38,943 nt of DNA, taken from positions 1 to 38,943 of the forward strand of contig JAJTHO010000053.1 in assembly GCA_021297975.1 (NCBI GenBank). Reading direction: 5' to 3'. Below are positions 24,260 through 33,259 of this stretch, piece after piece. Position numbers and translations under genes: made by a program. This DNA is from Alphaproteobacteria bacterium (lineage in GTDB: Bacteria; Pseudomonadota; Alphaproteobacteria; JAJTHO01). Positions within the stretch are counted from its first letter, which is position 1, and every line of letters begins with the position of its first letter. The notes beneath the pieces are model-generated. The model saw only the letters and a program-made list of their open reading frames with translations. It was not told where the DNA came from and searched no databases.

Positions 24260-26952
24260 TGCCGCCTGAGGCGCACGAGCCAGACCGCCCGAATCCCGAT
24301 GCGTTGCTGTCGCTGGTTCAAGAACAGGAAAAGGCTCGGCACACCGGCAAGCTGAAAATCTTTTTTGGCGCGTGCGCCGGGGTTGGGAAGACCTACGCGA
24401 TGCTCAAAGCAGGGCATGACCGCCTGCGCGAGGGCGTAGATGTTCTGGTGGGGCTCGTTGAAACACATGACCGGGGGGAAACCGCCAAGGCCGCGCTGGA
24501 TTTGCCCATCCTATCGCCGCTGGAAATCATTCATAAAAACGTCAAGCTGAAAGAATTTGATTTAGACGGGGCAATATCCCGCAAACCGGCGCTGATTCTG
24601 CTGGATGAGCTGGCGCACACCAACGCGCCGGGGTGCCGGCACCCGAAACGCTGGCAGGATGTGGAAGAACTGCTCGATGAGGGGATTGACGTTTACACTA
24701 CACTCAATGTGCAGCATCTCGAAAGCTTGAATGACCTTGTTGCGCGGATAACCGGTATCTGGGTGAAAGAGACCGTACCGGATGCGCTGTTTGACCGGGC
24801 GGATGATATTGCGCTGATTGATATTCCCCCCGATGAGCTGTTGAAGCGGCTCTCTGAGGGTAAAGTCTATATCTCTGAGCAGATTCAAAAACGCGCCGCG
24901 ACAAACTTTTTCCGTAAAGGCAATCTGATTGCGCTGCGCGAGATGGCGCTGCGCCGCACGGCGGAACGTGTTGATGCGCAGATGACGCAATACACCGTTG
25001 AAACCGGCACGAAAGAAGTGACCGGCACAGGCGAAAAGATTCTGGTGTGTATTGGCGCGGACGCCTTGTCGTTAAAATTGGTGCGCGCCACAAAGCGGAT
25101 GGCGAATCGGCTGAAGGTTGAATGGTCGGCGCTGTATGTTGAAAGCGATAAGCATTACCGGCTGTCCAGCAAGGGCTTAACGGCGGTTGAGCGCACGCTG
25201 CGCCTTGCCGAAGAAATGGGCGGCGATACGCACATTGTGCAAAGCGCCTCTGTTGCCGAGGCTATCATCAGCCACGCGGAAAAATTCAACATCAGCCGCA
25301 TTATCGTCGGCAAAAAAGACCGCGCGGCTTGGCGTGATATCTTTCAAGGCAATCTGGTGCAGGAATTGATTCGCCGCTCCGGCGCGATTGATGTGTTTGT
25401 TATTTCCGGGGATGCGGAGAATGAGAAGCCGTTGATTCGCACTGAGCGGCTCAAATTATCGGTATCGCCCTTATTGCAGGGCATTGGCGCCATTACAGCG
25501 GCAACGCTTATCGGCTTGCCCTTTCGCCCTTTTTTAGATCCGTCTGTTATTATTGTTCTTTACATGCTGGCGACACTGCTGGTTGCGGTGCGCAGCAGTG
25601 TGCTGGAAGTTGGCTTCACCACGTTTCTCGCGGTTGTCTCGTTTGATTTCATGTTTCAAAAGCCGTATTATCAACTGTATCTTTCCAATGACTGGCCGAA
25701 TTTCCTGATACTCGCGGGGCTGCTGGGCGCGGCGCTGTTCATGAGCCGGCAGGCAACCCGGCTTCGTTTACAAGCAACATACAGTATTGCACGGGAAAAA
25801 AACACCGCATCCTTGTATGCCATGACGCGGGCGCTCTCTGCAAACCGAGGCATTGAGACCCTAGCGAAAGTTGCCACACAGCACATCGGCGACGCGATGG
25901 CGGGACAAGTGAGCGTATGGCTGCCGAGCGCCGATGGAACTCTTGCGCCGCTCATAACACGCAATCAATCCGAAGGCGCAACGCCGCCCGCACCGCCGGA
26001 AAGCAAAGAAGAAAGCGCGGCGTGCTGGGCATTTCAACACGAACAAAATGCGGGGCGCGGCACATCCACCCTGCCAACCGCCAAGGGGCTGTATGTGCCG
26101 CTGAATTCACCCGGCGGGGTTTTAGGTGTTGTCGGCGTTATCCCGAACAGCGGCGAGGATTTCAGCTCAGAGCAGGTGGATTTACTGGAAACCTTCACCA
26201 GTCAAACAGCATCCGCGCTGGAACGCGCCATGATTGCCGATATGGCGGAAAAAACCGCACTAACGGCGGAAACGGAAAAGCTGCGTAACCTGTTGTTGTC
26301 ATCGGTCAGCCACGATTTACGCGCCCCCGTTGCCGCCATCACCGCCGCCAGCAGCAGCCTGATGATGGACACAAGCCACGCGCGGCTGAATGAGCAGGCA
26401 AAAGATGATCTGATGCGCCTGATTCACACGGAATCGGTGAAGATTTCGAAGATTGTGACCAACCTTTTGGATGTCACCAGCCTTGAAAGCGGCGCGATTA
26501 AACTGTCGCGTGAGTATTTCTTTATTGAGGAACTGATTGGCTCGGCGCTGCTGCGGACTAAAGAAACGCTCGGCTCTTGGCCGGTTGAGGTGAACATCGC
26601 GGAATTTATTCCGCTGGTGTACGTTGACGGCTTGCTGCTTGAGCAAGTGTTTGTAACCTTGTTAGAGCACGCGGGCGCGCAAGGCGATGAGCGGTATGTC
26701 CTGCGGATTAAGGCGGATATCACCGCCGATGTTTTAGAGGTCTGTTTTGGTTATCGCCCCGATGGCCAGCGCCCCTCACTCGCGGAAGAGGCCGCAGAGA
26801 TGGCCGAAAAGCCGCGCGGCACGAGTCTGGGGCTTGGTATTTGCCGGGGGATTGTCACCGCGCATACCGGGCAGATGAACGTGAAACAGGGTGAGGATGA
26901 GTATGTGACGGTGCAGCTGCTCTTGCCGCTTAAAGAGGGCGCGGCGGGATAG
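24259..26952 (+). CDS. kdpD: Sensor histidine kinase KdpD
   Basis: The N-terminal KdpD domain has the P-loop FFGACAGVGKTYAM. A Usp-like domain, four TM helices and a GAF-like region follow. The H-box is SHDLRAPV and a C-terminal HATPase is present. The ATG overlaps the kdpC TAA by 1 nt. Confidence 0.95.
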   Translation: MPPEAHEPDRPNPDALLSLVQEQEKARHTGKLKIFFGACAGVGKTYAMLKAGHDRLREGVDVLVGLVETHDRGETAKAALDLPILSPLEIIHKNVKLKEFDLDGAISRKPALILLDELAHTNAPGCRHPKRWQDVEELLDEGIDVYTTLNVQHLESLNDLVARITGIWVKETVPDALFDRADDIALIDIPPDELLKRLSEGKVYISEQIQKRAATNFFRKGNLIALREMALRRTAERVDAQMTQYTVETGTKEVTGTGEKILVCIGADALSLKLVRATKRMANRLKVEWSALYVESDKHYRLSSKGLTAVERTLRLAEEMGGDTHIVQSASVAEAIISHAEKFNISRIIVGKKDRAAWRDIFQGNLVQELIRRSGAIDVFVISGDAENEKPLIRTERLKLSVSPLLQGIGAITAATLIGLPFRPFLDPSVIIVLYMLATLLVAVRSSVLEVGFTTFLAVVSFDFMFQKPYYQLYLSNDWPNFLILAGLLGAALFMSRQATRLRLQATYSIAREKNTASLYAMTRALSANRGIETLAKVATQHIGDAMAGQVSVWLPSADGTLAPLITRNQSEGATPPAPPESKEESAACWAFQHEQNAGRGTSTLPTAKGLYVPLNSPGGVLGVVGVIPNSGEDFSSEQVDLLETFTSQTASALERAMIADMAEKTALTAETEKLRNLLLSSVSHDLRAPVAAITAASSSLMMDTSHARLNEQAKDDLMRLIHTESVKISKIVTNLLDVTSLESGAIKLSREYFFIEELIGSALLRTKETLGSWPVEVNIAEFIPLVYVDGLLLEQVFVTLLEHAGAQGDERYVLRIKADITADVLEVCFGYRPDGQRPSLAEEAAEMAEKPRGTSLGLGICRGIVTAHTGQMNVKQGEDEYVTVQLLLPLKEGAAG

Positions 26953-26982
26953 GACGATTTCGCCCTATCCTACCGCATCTGC

Positions 26983-27402
26983 CTATTTGTAAGCAGCCTG
27001 CACGGCTGTCAGCTCGACTGCGTATTTCGTAAGGGCAGCCTCGATTTCGGCTTTTTTACCGTCTTCTGAACCCTCGTGAATCACATCCACCGTGCCGACG
27101 ATGTTTTTTAGCGCCGCTTTGCGCGCCGGGGTATTGGCATCTTTATTGAGCACGCTGAGCGCGGCTTCCAGTGTGTAGGAGGTCTCGTGGATTTTTTCCA
27201 GCTCACCCGCTTTGAGATTGGCGCGCATAGGCTCGAGATTGCTACTAAGCACGCTCAAGGCGTCAGCTGCGGTTTTAGGCTTTTGCGCTTCGTAATGTTC
27301 AGCGCGTTCGGCCTTTTCCTTATCGGATGCGTGTGCCTTCGAGAGCGGCGCGGCAACGGCGGCTAAAGCCAGCACAAGTGCGAGCGCGGTGTGTTTTTTC
27401 AT
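26983..27402 (-). CDS. Small periplasmic helical protein, function unknown
   Basis: I set the start at ATG 27402 (MKKHTALALVLALAAVAAPLSKAHA signal peptide) with AGGAG 8 nt upstream. The mature part is Lys/Glu/Ala-rich and helical. Confidence 0.6.
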   Translation of the reverse strand: MKKHTALALVLALAAVAAPLSKAHASDKEKAERAEHYEAQKPKTAADALSVLSSNLEPMRANLKAGELEKIHETSYTLEAALSVLNKDANTPARKAALKNIVGTVDVIHEGSEDGKKAEIEAALTKYAVELTAVQAAYK

Positions 27403-27455
27403 AATAATGACTCCTATTCGCAACTCTTAATAAGAATCATTATCAGTTGCAATAG

Positions 27456-28409
27456 TTATTTTGCATCAAAGCGCACGGTATAGGGATTTTTTGCTGTCCA
27501 GCTGCGGACAAAATCGGCCAATTCCTTATTTGCCGCCTCTGGCAACATCACTTTGAGGCGCACCAAATGATCACCTTTATTCGCATCAGCCGCTTGAATA
27601 CCCTGCCCCTTCAGGCGCAGCACCATATCGGTGTTGGCGCCTGCCGGAATTTTAAGGGAAACCCGCGCGTGGATGGTGTCAACCGGGACGCTCGCGCCGT
27701 CTAAGGCCTCAGCCAGCGTAATCGGCACGTCACTGGTAACATTTAAGCCATCGCGATTATACGCGCCGGAGCGGGCAATACTGATTTTTATCAGCGCATC
27801 GCCCGGCGCACCAAAGCTGTTTGACAGACGCCCCTGCCCCTTAAGGCGCAGTACCTGACCATCTTCAACACCCGCGGGGACATTCACTTCCACGGCGCGC
27901 TCTTGCGACAGGCTGACGCGCTTTTTTACGCCCAGCGCCGCCTCTATAAAGGTTACTGTCAACGTATGCTGTATATCGAGCGAGGGTTCTGCCTCCCGCG
28001 CTGTGCCGCGCGCGGCATTCGGGCGGCCGCCAGGGCGTTTCGCACCCGCTGCGGAAAAGATATCATTAAAGAAATCGCTATCGAAAATTGCTTCGTCGGC
28101 TTGGAAGCGTCCGCCGCCGGGATTAGCCCGCCCCGCACCCGGGCGCGGATTACCGCGAAAGCCGCCACTTGCCCCGCCAAAACCCGTGGGGTTACCGTTG
28201 GCATCGAGCGCGCCTCTATCGTAGTCTTTACGCTTATCCGCATCGCCGAGAATCGTGTACGCTGCGGAAATATCCTTGAATTTTCGCTCAACCTTAGCGT
28301 CCCCCGGATGCAAATCGGGGTGATACTCCTTCGCAAGCTTGCGGTAGGCTTTTTTTATATCGTCGGGTGTTGCACCGCGGGTGACGCCTAGTGTTTTATA
28401 AAGATCCAT
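27456..28409 (-). CDS. cbpA: DnaJ-class co-chaperone lacking the zinc-finger domain (CbpA-like)
   Basis: The J-domain is DLYKTLGV...AYRKLAKEYHPDLHPGD. A Gly-rich linker and the two DnaJ C-terminal beta domains follow. No CxxCxGxG repeats are present. Confidence 0.8.
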   Translation of the reverse strand: MDLYKTLGVTRGATPDDIKKAYRKLAKEYHPDLHPGDAKVERKFKDISAAYTILGDADKRKDYDRGALDANGNPTGFGGASGGFRGNPRPGAGRANPGGGRFQADEAIFDSDFFNDIFSAAGAKRPGGRPNAARGTAREAEPSLDIQHTLTVTFIEAALGVKKRVSLSQERAVEVNVPAGVEDGQVLRLKGQGRLSNSFGAPGDALIKISIARSGAYNRDGLNVTSDVPITLAEALDGASVPVDTIHARVSLKIPAGANTDMVLRLKGQGIQAADANKGDHLVRLKVMLPEAANKELADFVRSWTAKNPYTVRFDAK

Positions 28410-28414
28410 GGTTC

Positions 28415-28903
28415 CTAGCTGTTAACAACCTGCCATGTTCCGTCTTGCTGGCGGCACGCTGTGCCGTACGCCTGTTGTTTTTTGCCGCCCACCATCACGG
28501 TTTGCGTGTATTCGCGGCAATATTGGCCGCTGGATTGATAGGTGCGGGTTGGGGTGATTGTCCCAGCATTACCGGAATCGGGATTGCGCCAAGCGGATGT
28601 CTGACCGACAGGCTGGGTTTCTAGAGCGTACTGCGCACTGCGCTGAGCATACTGAGCGTCCGCTTGGTCTAAGGACTGCCCCACTTCGCTGCCGACAAAG
28701 GCACCGAGCAGTGTGCCCACGGCAACAGCGGCAAGCTGACCCTTGCCCTTACCAAATTGCGATCCGGCAACCGCGCCGCCGGCTGCCCCTAAGACACCAC
28801 CAACGTTTTGCTTATTAAATTGTGGCCCGCCCTGCCCGGCACAGGCCGAGAGTGTCATTGATGCGGCAACGAGTAGCGCCGAGAGCTGGAAATAACGTGT
28901 CAT
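28415..28903 (-). CDS. Outer-membrane lipoprotein of the 17-kDa surface antigen / glycine-zipper family
   Basis: I set the start at ATG 28903. The lipobox is MTLSAC. The glycine zipper is [17 protein letters not shown]...[17 protein letters not shown]. The C-terminal domain has YCREY...[13 protein letters not shown]. Confidence 0.75.
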   Translation of the reverse strand: MTRYFQLSALLVAASMTLSACAGQGGPQFNKQNVGGVLGAAGGAVAGSQFGKGKGQLAAVAVGTLLGAFVGSEVGQSLDQADAQYAQRSAQYALETQPVGQTSAWRNPDSGNAGTITPTRTYQSSGQYCREYTQTVMVGGKKQQAYGTACRQQDGTWQVVNS

Positions 28904-29011
28904 ATGTATATTCCTTGTGTTCCTCTCATTGTGCGCAACAACAAGCCTACGGCAAGTTATTTTTTGGTAACGTTTTGTTAACTTTTTCAAGGTAACCTTT
29001 TTTTTACCATT

Positions 29012-29038
29012 AACGCGCTAGAAAAAAGCGCGTTTTTT
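29012..29038 (+). terminator. Orphan intrinsic-terminator-like hairpin in the AT-rich spacer upstream of the Tad locus
   Basis: The stem is AACGCGCT (29012-29019) with AGCGCGTT (29027-29034), and the loop is 7 nt. The T run at 29033-29038 overlaps the last two stem bases. No annotated plus-strand gene ends here. Confidence 0.4.
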
Positions 29039-29257
29039 GTATTTTAAACAGAAAAAAAGGAGTGCACGGTGTAATTTTTTTGAAATTGGGCAAACCAAAC
29101 TGGGGTGTTATCAGGTAAAAATCACTTTTTTTTACTTGCGAGATTGAGCTTAGACGCCACGTTTTAACTGGAACTGCAGCTTGATAAATGGCCTTGGTAA
29201 AAATTAGTTTACAATTTTGTTGCAAAAAAATCACATTAACGCTTGAGGAGAAAAATT

Positions 29258-29785
29258 ATGGCGTATATAACCGATACGTTACCTTTTGTTAACCAGCTCT
29301 GTGTTTTGATACTTATAGGTCTGCTAACCGCTGCTGCTGTATGGGATGCCGCCACGTTCACGATACCTAATTGGATATCGTTGATTTTGGTAGCTCTTTT
29401 TATCCCTTACATGCTCAGCATGGCAAACCCCACTTGGGGCGATCTCGGATGGCGACTCTTGGTGGCAACGATAATTTTCGGGGTTGGCTTCGGCATGTTC
29501 GCAGTCAACGTCATGGGCGGAGGGGATGTTAAACTGATGACAGCTGTTGCACTCTTTGTTGGCGCAAACGCAATAGGCGATTTTGTCTTAGCCATGGCTT
29601 TGGGCGGCGGGGCTTTATGCATTGGTGCGCTTTTGTTGCGACCGATCCGACGGGCTATGCACTTACCTGTTCCCTCAATTCGCAAAACAAAAGTTCCTTA
29701 TGGCCTGGCTATTTGCGCCGGCGGCTATGCCGTTGCATTGAAACAGGTCGACCTTAGCACTTTCTTCTCAGTTGGAGTACTCTAA
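29258..29785 (+). CDS. cpaA: Flp prepilin peptidase (A24 family, CpaA/TadV)
   Basis: It is a polytopic membrane protein with the two Asp motifs (WDAATFTIPNW and GGGDVKLM). ATG 29258 is preceded by GAGGAG. The tracked start 29243 is TTG. Confidence 0.85.
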   Translation: MAYITDTLPFVNQLCVLILIGLLTAAAVWDAATFTIPNWISLILVALFIPYMLSMANPTWGDLGWRLLVATIIFGVGFGMFAVNVMGGGDVKLMTAVALFVGANAIGDFVLAMALGGGALCIGALLLRPIRRAMHLPVPSIRKTKVPYGLAICAGGYAVALKQVDLSTFFSVGVL

Positions 29786-29787
29786 TC

Positions 29788-30837
29788 ATGCGTATGATGC
29801 TCATTGCCGCAATTATTTTAATCGCCGTTGGTCTTGCATGGTTTGTAAACCGGCAGATAGAAGCTGGTAAAGTTACCGAGGTAAAAGAAATCGTGCAAAC
29901 GCAGGTGGTGCGCGAGGAAACACGCAATGTGTTAATTGCGAAAAAGACACTTTCAGTTGGCACGCTTATCAACCCAGAAGACATTGAACAACAGCGTTTT
30001 CCACAAACATCTGTTCGTCCGGAATATTTGACCGATGAAACAACGCCCGACCTAACAAGTCTAGCCGGCACAGTGGTGCGTCTTGAGATTGCTGCAGGCG
30101 AACCCTTGATAACGGGTAAGATCGTTCGCCCCGGCGAGCGCGGCTATCTCGCGGCTGTATTACGCCCTGGTATGAAAGCCGTTGCCATCTCTGTCAATGG
30201 CCGTACTGGCGTTGCTGGGTTTGTATTTCCTGGTGATCGCGTTGACGTACTTCTCAGCCAATCTTTAAGCGAAAGCAACGGTGGTAGCGCCACCGCAACG
30301 GCAACAACACGGCAAATAACTGAAACACTTATCAAAAATGTTCGCGTTCTTGGTGTTGGTCAAACATTGGGCAGACCAGAGACCCCAACGATTGCTGGGG
30401 ATACAATGACCTTAGAATTGACCCCGAAACTGGCGGAAATTGTTACATTAGCTAATGAATTGGGTCGTTTAAGTGTTGTATTGAATCCATTGGCAAAGCT
30501 GCCAGCTGATCAAACACCCGAAGCATTAGCCGCGGCGGAAATTGCCGAAGAGAGCTATCCTTACATGGTGGAAGGTGTTGCCGACGGCACTGCTTACAGC
30601 ATCACCAACGAAGTCGAGGCAAGCCCTGCGCGTAGTGGTAGTGGCGGTAGCGGTAGCATTTCTATTTTTCGCGCTGAAGGCGGTCGAGGCTCTGGGTCGG
30701 CACAGCTTAGAGAGGGTAACGTAAACGTTTTTCGCCCTAATGGTGGAGCGGGTAGTGGCAACGTTCCAACCGATCGCGGCGGCACTGTTGGCACACCACC
30801 CGGGAACACGGATAACAACTCTAATTCAGCACGTTAA
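29788..30837 (+). CDS. cpaB: Flp pilus assembly protein CpaB/RcpC
   Basis: It has an N-terminal TM anchor and a SAF-like domain (VLIAKKTLSVGTLINPEDI). The RcpC beta-clip region is present. The C-terminal Gly/Ser-rich tail has two related segments (ISIFRAEGGRGSGS and VNVFRPNGGAGSGN). Confidence 0.85.
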   Translation: MRMMLIAAIILIAVGLAWFVNRQIEAGKVTEVKEIVQTQVVREETRNVLIAKKTLSVGTLINPEDIEQQRFPQTSVRPEYLTDETTPDLTSLAGTVVRLEIAAGEPLITGKIVRPGERGYLAAVLRPGMKAVAISVNGRTGVAGFVFPGDRVDVLLSQSLSESNGGSATATATTRQITETLIKNVRVLGVGQTLGRPETPTIAGDTMTLELTPKLAEIVTLANELGRLSVVLNPLAKLPADQTPEALAAAEIAEESYPYMVEGVADGTAYSITNEVEASPARSGSGGSGSISIFRAEGGRGSGSAQLREGNVNVFRPNGGAGSGNVPTDRGGTVGTPPGNTDNNSNSAR

Positions 30838-30869
30838 TTATGATTGAAGTATTGAGAAGGACGCACATC

Positions 30870-32387
30870 ATGGAAACCACACTTCTGCAACGGTTTGCAA
30901 AACACAGCACTTGCTTGGTGCTTGCCTTCGCTATCGCGATTGCGCCAGTGTCAATTATTACACCGAAGGCGCACGCAGTAACTGTGGGCGAAGCTCAGGA
31001 AACACTGGAAATTGCTAGCGGCAAGGGAACTCTTGTAACTCTGCCCGCGGCTGCAGATGCGGTGTTTGTTTCAAACCCCGAAGTTGCCGATGTGGAAATT
31101 AAGTTCCCTGAATTGCTCTATGTATATGGTATCAAGCCCGGCGAAACCAGCATCCACGTCATGGATAAGAACCAGAAAGTAGTGCTGAGCAAAAATATTC
31201 TCGTTACACAAAATATTGAAGGCCTGCGTAGCGCCTTGAAAAAACTGATGCCGGATGCCGCGATTGAAGTTATCTCGGTAAACCAGAGCGTGGTTTTACG
31301 CGGTGTGGTCAAATCGGCGGCTGAGGCGGATTTGGCATTGAAAATTGCCACCAGCTATCTTGCGAATGAAAATGGCGGCGGTACTGCTGCTAGCGGTAGT
31401 GGCGGCACAGGTAACACAGAATCCGCTCTTACCGGCACTAATATTGTGAATATGATATCGGTGGGCAGCCCAAGCCAAATTACACTGAAGGTTAAAATTG
31501 CTGAAGTGCGGCGTGAAATTGCACAAATTTTTGGCGTAGATTTCCAATCTGGTGGTACAAGTGGCGGTAATATTTTAGGTGGTGTATTATCACGAAACGG
31601 CGGCACCTTAAACGCCGGTACTGTTGGTACTCTTGGTAATTTGAACCTAACTTCGGGTGCTTATCAAGCCGTAGTAGGTTTTGGTGATGGCAGCTTCTCT
31701 ATTGATGCGCTGATTACCGCCTTGGAAACAGAAGGGTACGTAACCGTTCTGGCCGAGCCAAACTTAACTGCTGTATCGGGCGAAACAGCCAGTTTCTTGG
31801 CTGGGGGTGAATTCCCTATCACACAAAGTGACGGTGACGGCGGAACAACCGTAACTTTCAGAGAATACGGTATATCTTTACGTTTTGCACCAACCTTGCT
31901 GTCTCCAGATCGCATCCGATTGAAAGTAAATCCGGAGGTCTCTGAATTAACAACAGAAGGTGCTGTAACGTTACCTAGCGCACCCGCAGGACAAAGTGCC
32001 ATACCTGGTTTGCTATCACGCAAAGCATCAACCACGGTTGAGCTTGGTAACGGTCAAAGCTTTACAATCGCCGGGTTATTCAACCAAAGCTTCCGTGATA
32101 ATATCAGCAAAAACCCATGGCTTGGCGATCTGCCCGTGCTTGGTGTTTTATTCCGATCACAAAACTTTATTCGCCGGGATTCGGAACTGGTCATTATCGT
32201 AACCCCGTATATTGTTGAACCAGTATCGGAAACGGAAATTGCCACACCGCTGGATGGCCTGAAAGTTCCATCAGACAAAGACCGGTTGCTTTACGGCCAA
32301 ACACCTTTTACATCCATCCGCCCCACCAACTTCTTCGGCAAAGCCGGGGCGCAGTTGTCGGGTCCGGTTGGCTTTATTGTTGAATAA
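30870..32387 (+). CDS. cpaC: Tad secretin CpaC/RcpA
   Basis: A signal peptide follows METTLLQRF. An N-terminal pilus-formation/BON-like domain is present. The C-terminal secretin domain contains LAEPNLTAVSGETASFLAGGEFP...GDLPVLGVLFRS. ATG 30870 has the better RBS (GAGAAGGA), and 30840 is the alternative. Confidence 0.85.
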   Translation: METTLLQRFAKHSTCLVLAFAIAIAPVSIITPKAHAVTVGEAQETLEIASGKGTLVTLPAAADAVFVSNPEVADVEIKFPELLYVYGIKPGETSIHVMDKNQKVVLSKNILVTQNIEGLRSALKKLMPDAAIEVISVNQSVVLRGVVKSAAEADLALKIATSYLANENGGGTAASGSGGTGNTESALTGTNIVNMISVGSPSQITLKVKIAEVRREIAQIFGVDFQSGGTSGGNILGGVLSRNGGTLNAGTVGTLGNLNLTSGAYQAVVGFGDGSFSIDALITALETEGYVTVLAEPNLTAVSGETASFLAGGEFPITQSDGDGGTTVTFREYGISLRFAPTLLSPDRIRLKVNPEVSELTTEGAVTLPSAPAGQSAIPGLLSRKASTTVELGNGQSFTIAGLFNQSFRDNISKNPWLGDLPVLGVLFRSQNFIRRDSELVIIVTPYIVEPVSETEIATPLDGLKVPSDKDRLLYGQTPFTSIRPTNFFGKAGAQLSGPVGFIVE

Positions 32388-32413
32388 TTCGCATCTATAG
32401 AAAGGTTCGTACC

Positions 32414-33235
32414 ATGAAACGTACCCTGCACTTCCTCACCGCAACTGCTGTATTGCCGCTGCTTCTGGCTGCTTGCTCTTCTGCGGGGCAAACACCACTG
32501 AATCTTCAAGAGCCACTGGAAGCGCGTAAAATCAACACCAGCTATGCAGAAGACCGGATTACGTTGCACTTTGATTACGGCCAGTCCTCGCTTAGCGGCG
32601 ACCAAGCCGCCTATATTGAGCGTTTCGTGCGGTATTACGGATCGGCCAAAGACAGTGCGTTTTTTATCTCGCTGCTCGTTGCGCCCGAAGATGAAGAAGC
32701 AGGTCGCTTGCCCGCGCATGACCCCAGCGTCAGCGGTGCGATTACCCAAATTAACCAAGAGCTACTCAGAAATGGTGTTCGTGCCCGCGTCATTCGCGAA
32801 ATTGATACAAACATTGAGCCAGCACATATCCACGCACGCGCCCAAAAAGCGATTATTGATGGCAGCGCCGGCGACCCCAGCGCCGAGGGCGACCCCGCCT
32901 TGGCTGCTCTTGCGCCAAACCCAAAAGATTTGATGCGCACGACAAAAATATCTGTTTTGGTTCGTGAATACACTGCCGAAGCCGCCAATTGCCCGAAAAC
33001 TGGTCATTGGGACTGGAGAACCGCTGATGCAATCGGCAACGGTATTACTCTTGGCTGCGCCACCAGTAAAAATTTGATTGCTCAAATCAAAGACAAATCT
33101 GTTCTTGCCAGCGGCAAACCGCTTGATGATACCTATGCGCCGGATGCAGAAATCACTAGACTGCGCCAAGTTCAGAATGGCTCTTTCGAGCTGGGTGAGG
33201 GTGTAGGAACGTCAACCGATGGCGACGGAAACTAA
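32414..33235 (+). CDS. cpaD: CpaD-like pilus biogenesis lipoprotein
   Basis: The lipobox is LLLAACSS. The C-terminal CpaD-like segment is ANCPKTGHWDW...LGCATSKNLIAQI. It sits between the secretin gene and cpaE. Confidence 0.65.
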   Translation: MKRTLHFLTATAVLPLLLAACSSAGQTPLNLQEPLEARKINTSYAEDRITLHFDYGQSSLSGDQAAYIERFVRYYGSAKDSAFFISLLVAPEDEEAGRLPAHDPSVSGAITQINQELLRNGVRARVIREIDTNIEPAHIHARAQKAIIDGSAGDPSAEGDPALAALAPNPKDLMRTTKISVLVREYTAEAANCPKTGHWDWRTADAIGNGITLGCATSKNLIAQIKDKSVLASGKPLDDTYAPDAEITRLRQVQNGSFELGEGVGTSTDGDGN

Positions 33236-33259
33236 TAGAACATAGGACGAGAACGACAG

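Noticed and set aside
26947-26970. The hairpin GGATAGG-(10 nt)-CCTATCC overlapping the kdpD stop, considered as a bidirectional terminator.
   Set aside because: The stem is only 7 bp with a 10-nt loop, and there is no flanking T or A run on either side. The evidence is too weak to call.
29010-29234. A 74-aa minus-strand ORF in the spacer upstream of cpaA, considered as the missing Flp pilin or another small gene.
   Set aside because: It has no Flp motif (G/xxxxEY plus a hydrophobic helix) and no signal peptide. It is Lys/Phe/Ile-rich as expected from random AT-rich DNA, and its stop overlaps the hairpin at 29012-29034.
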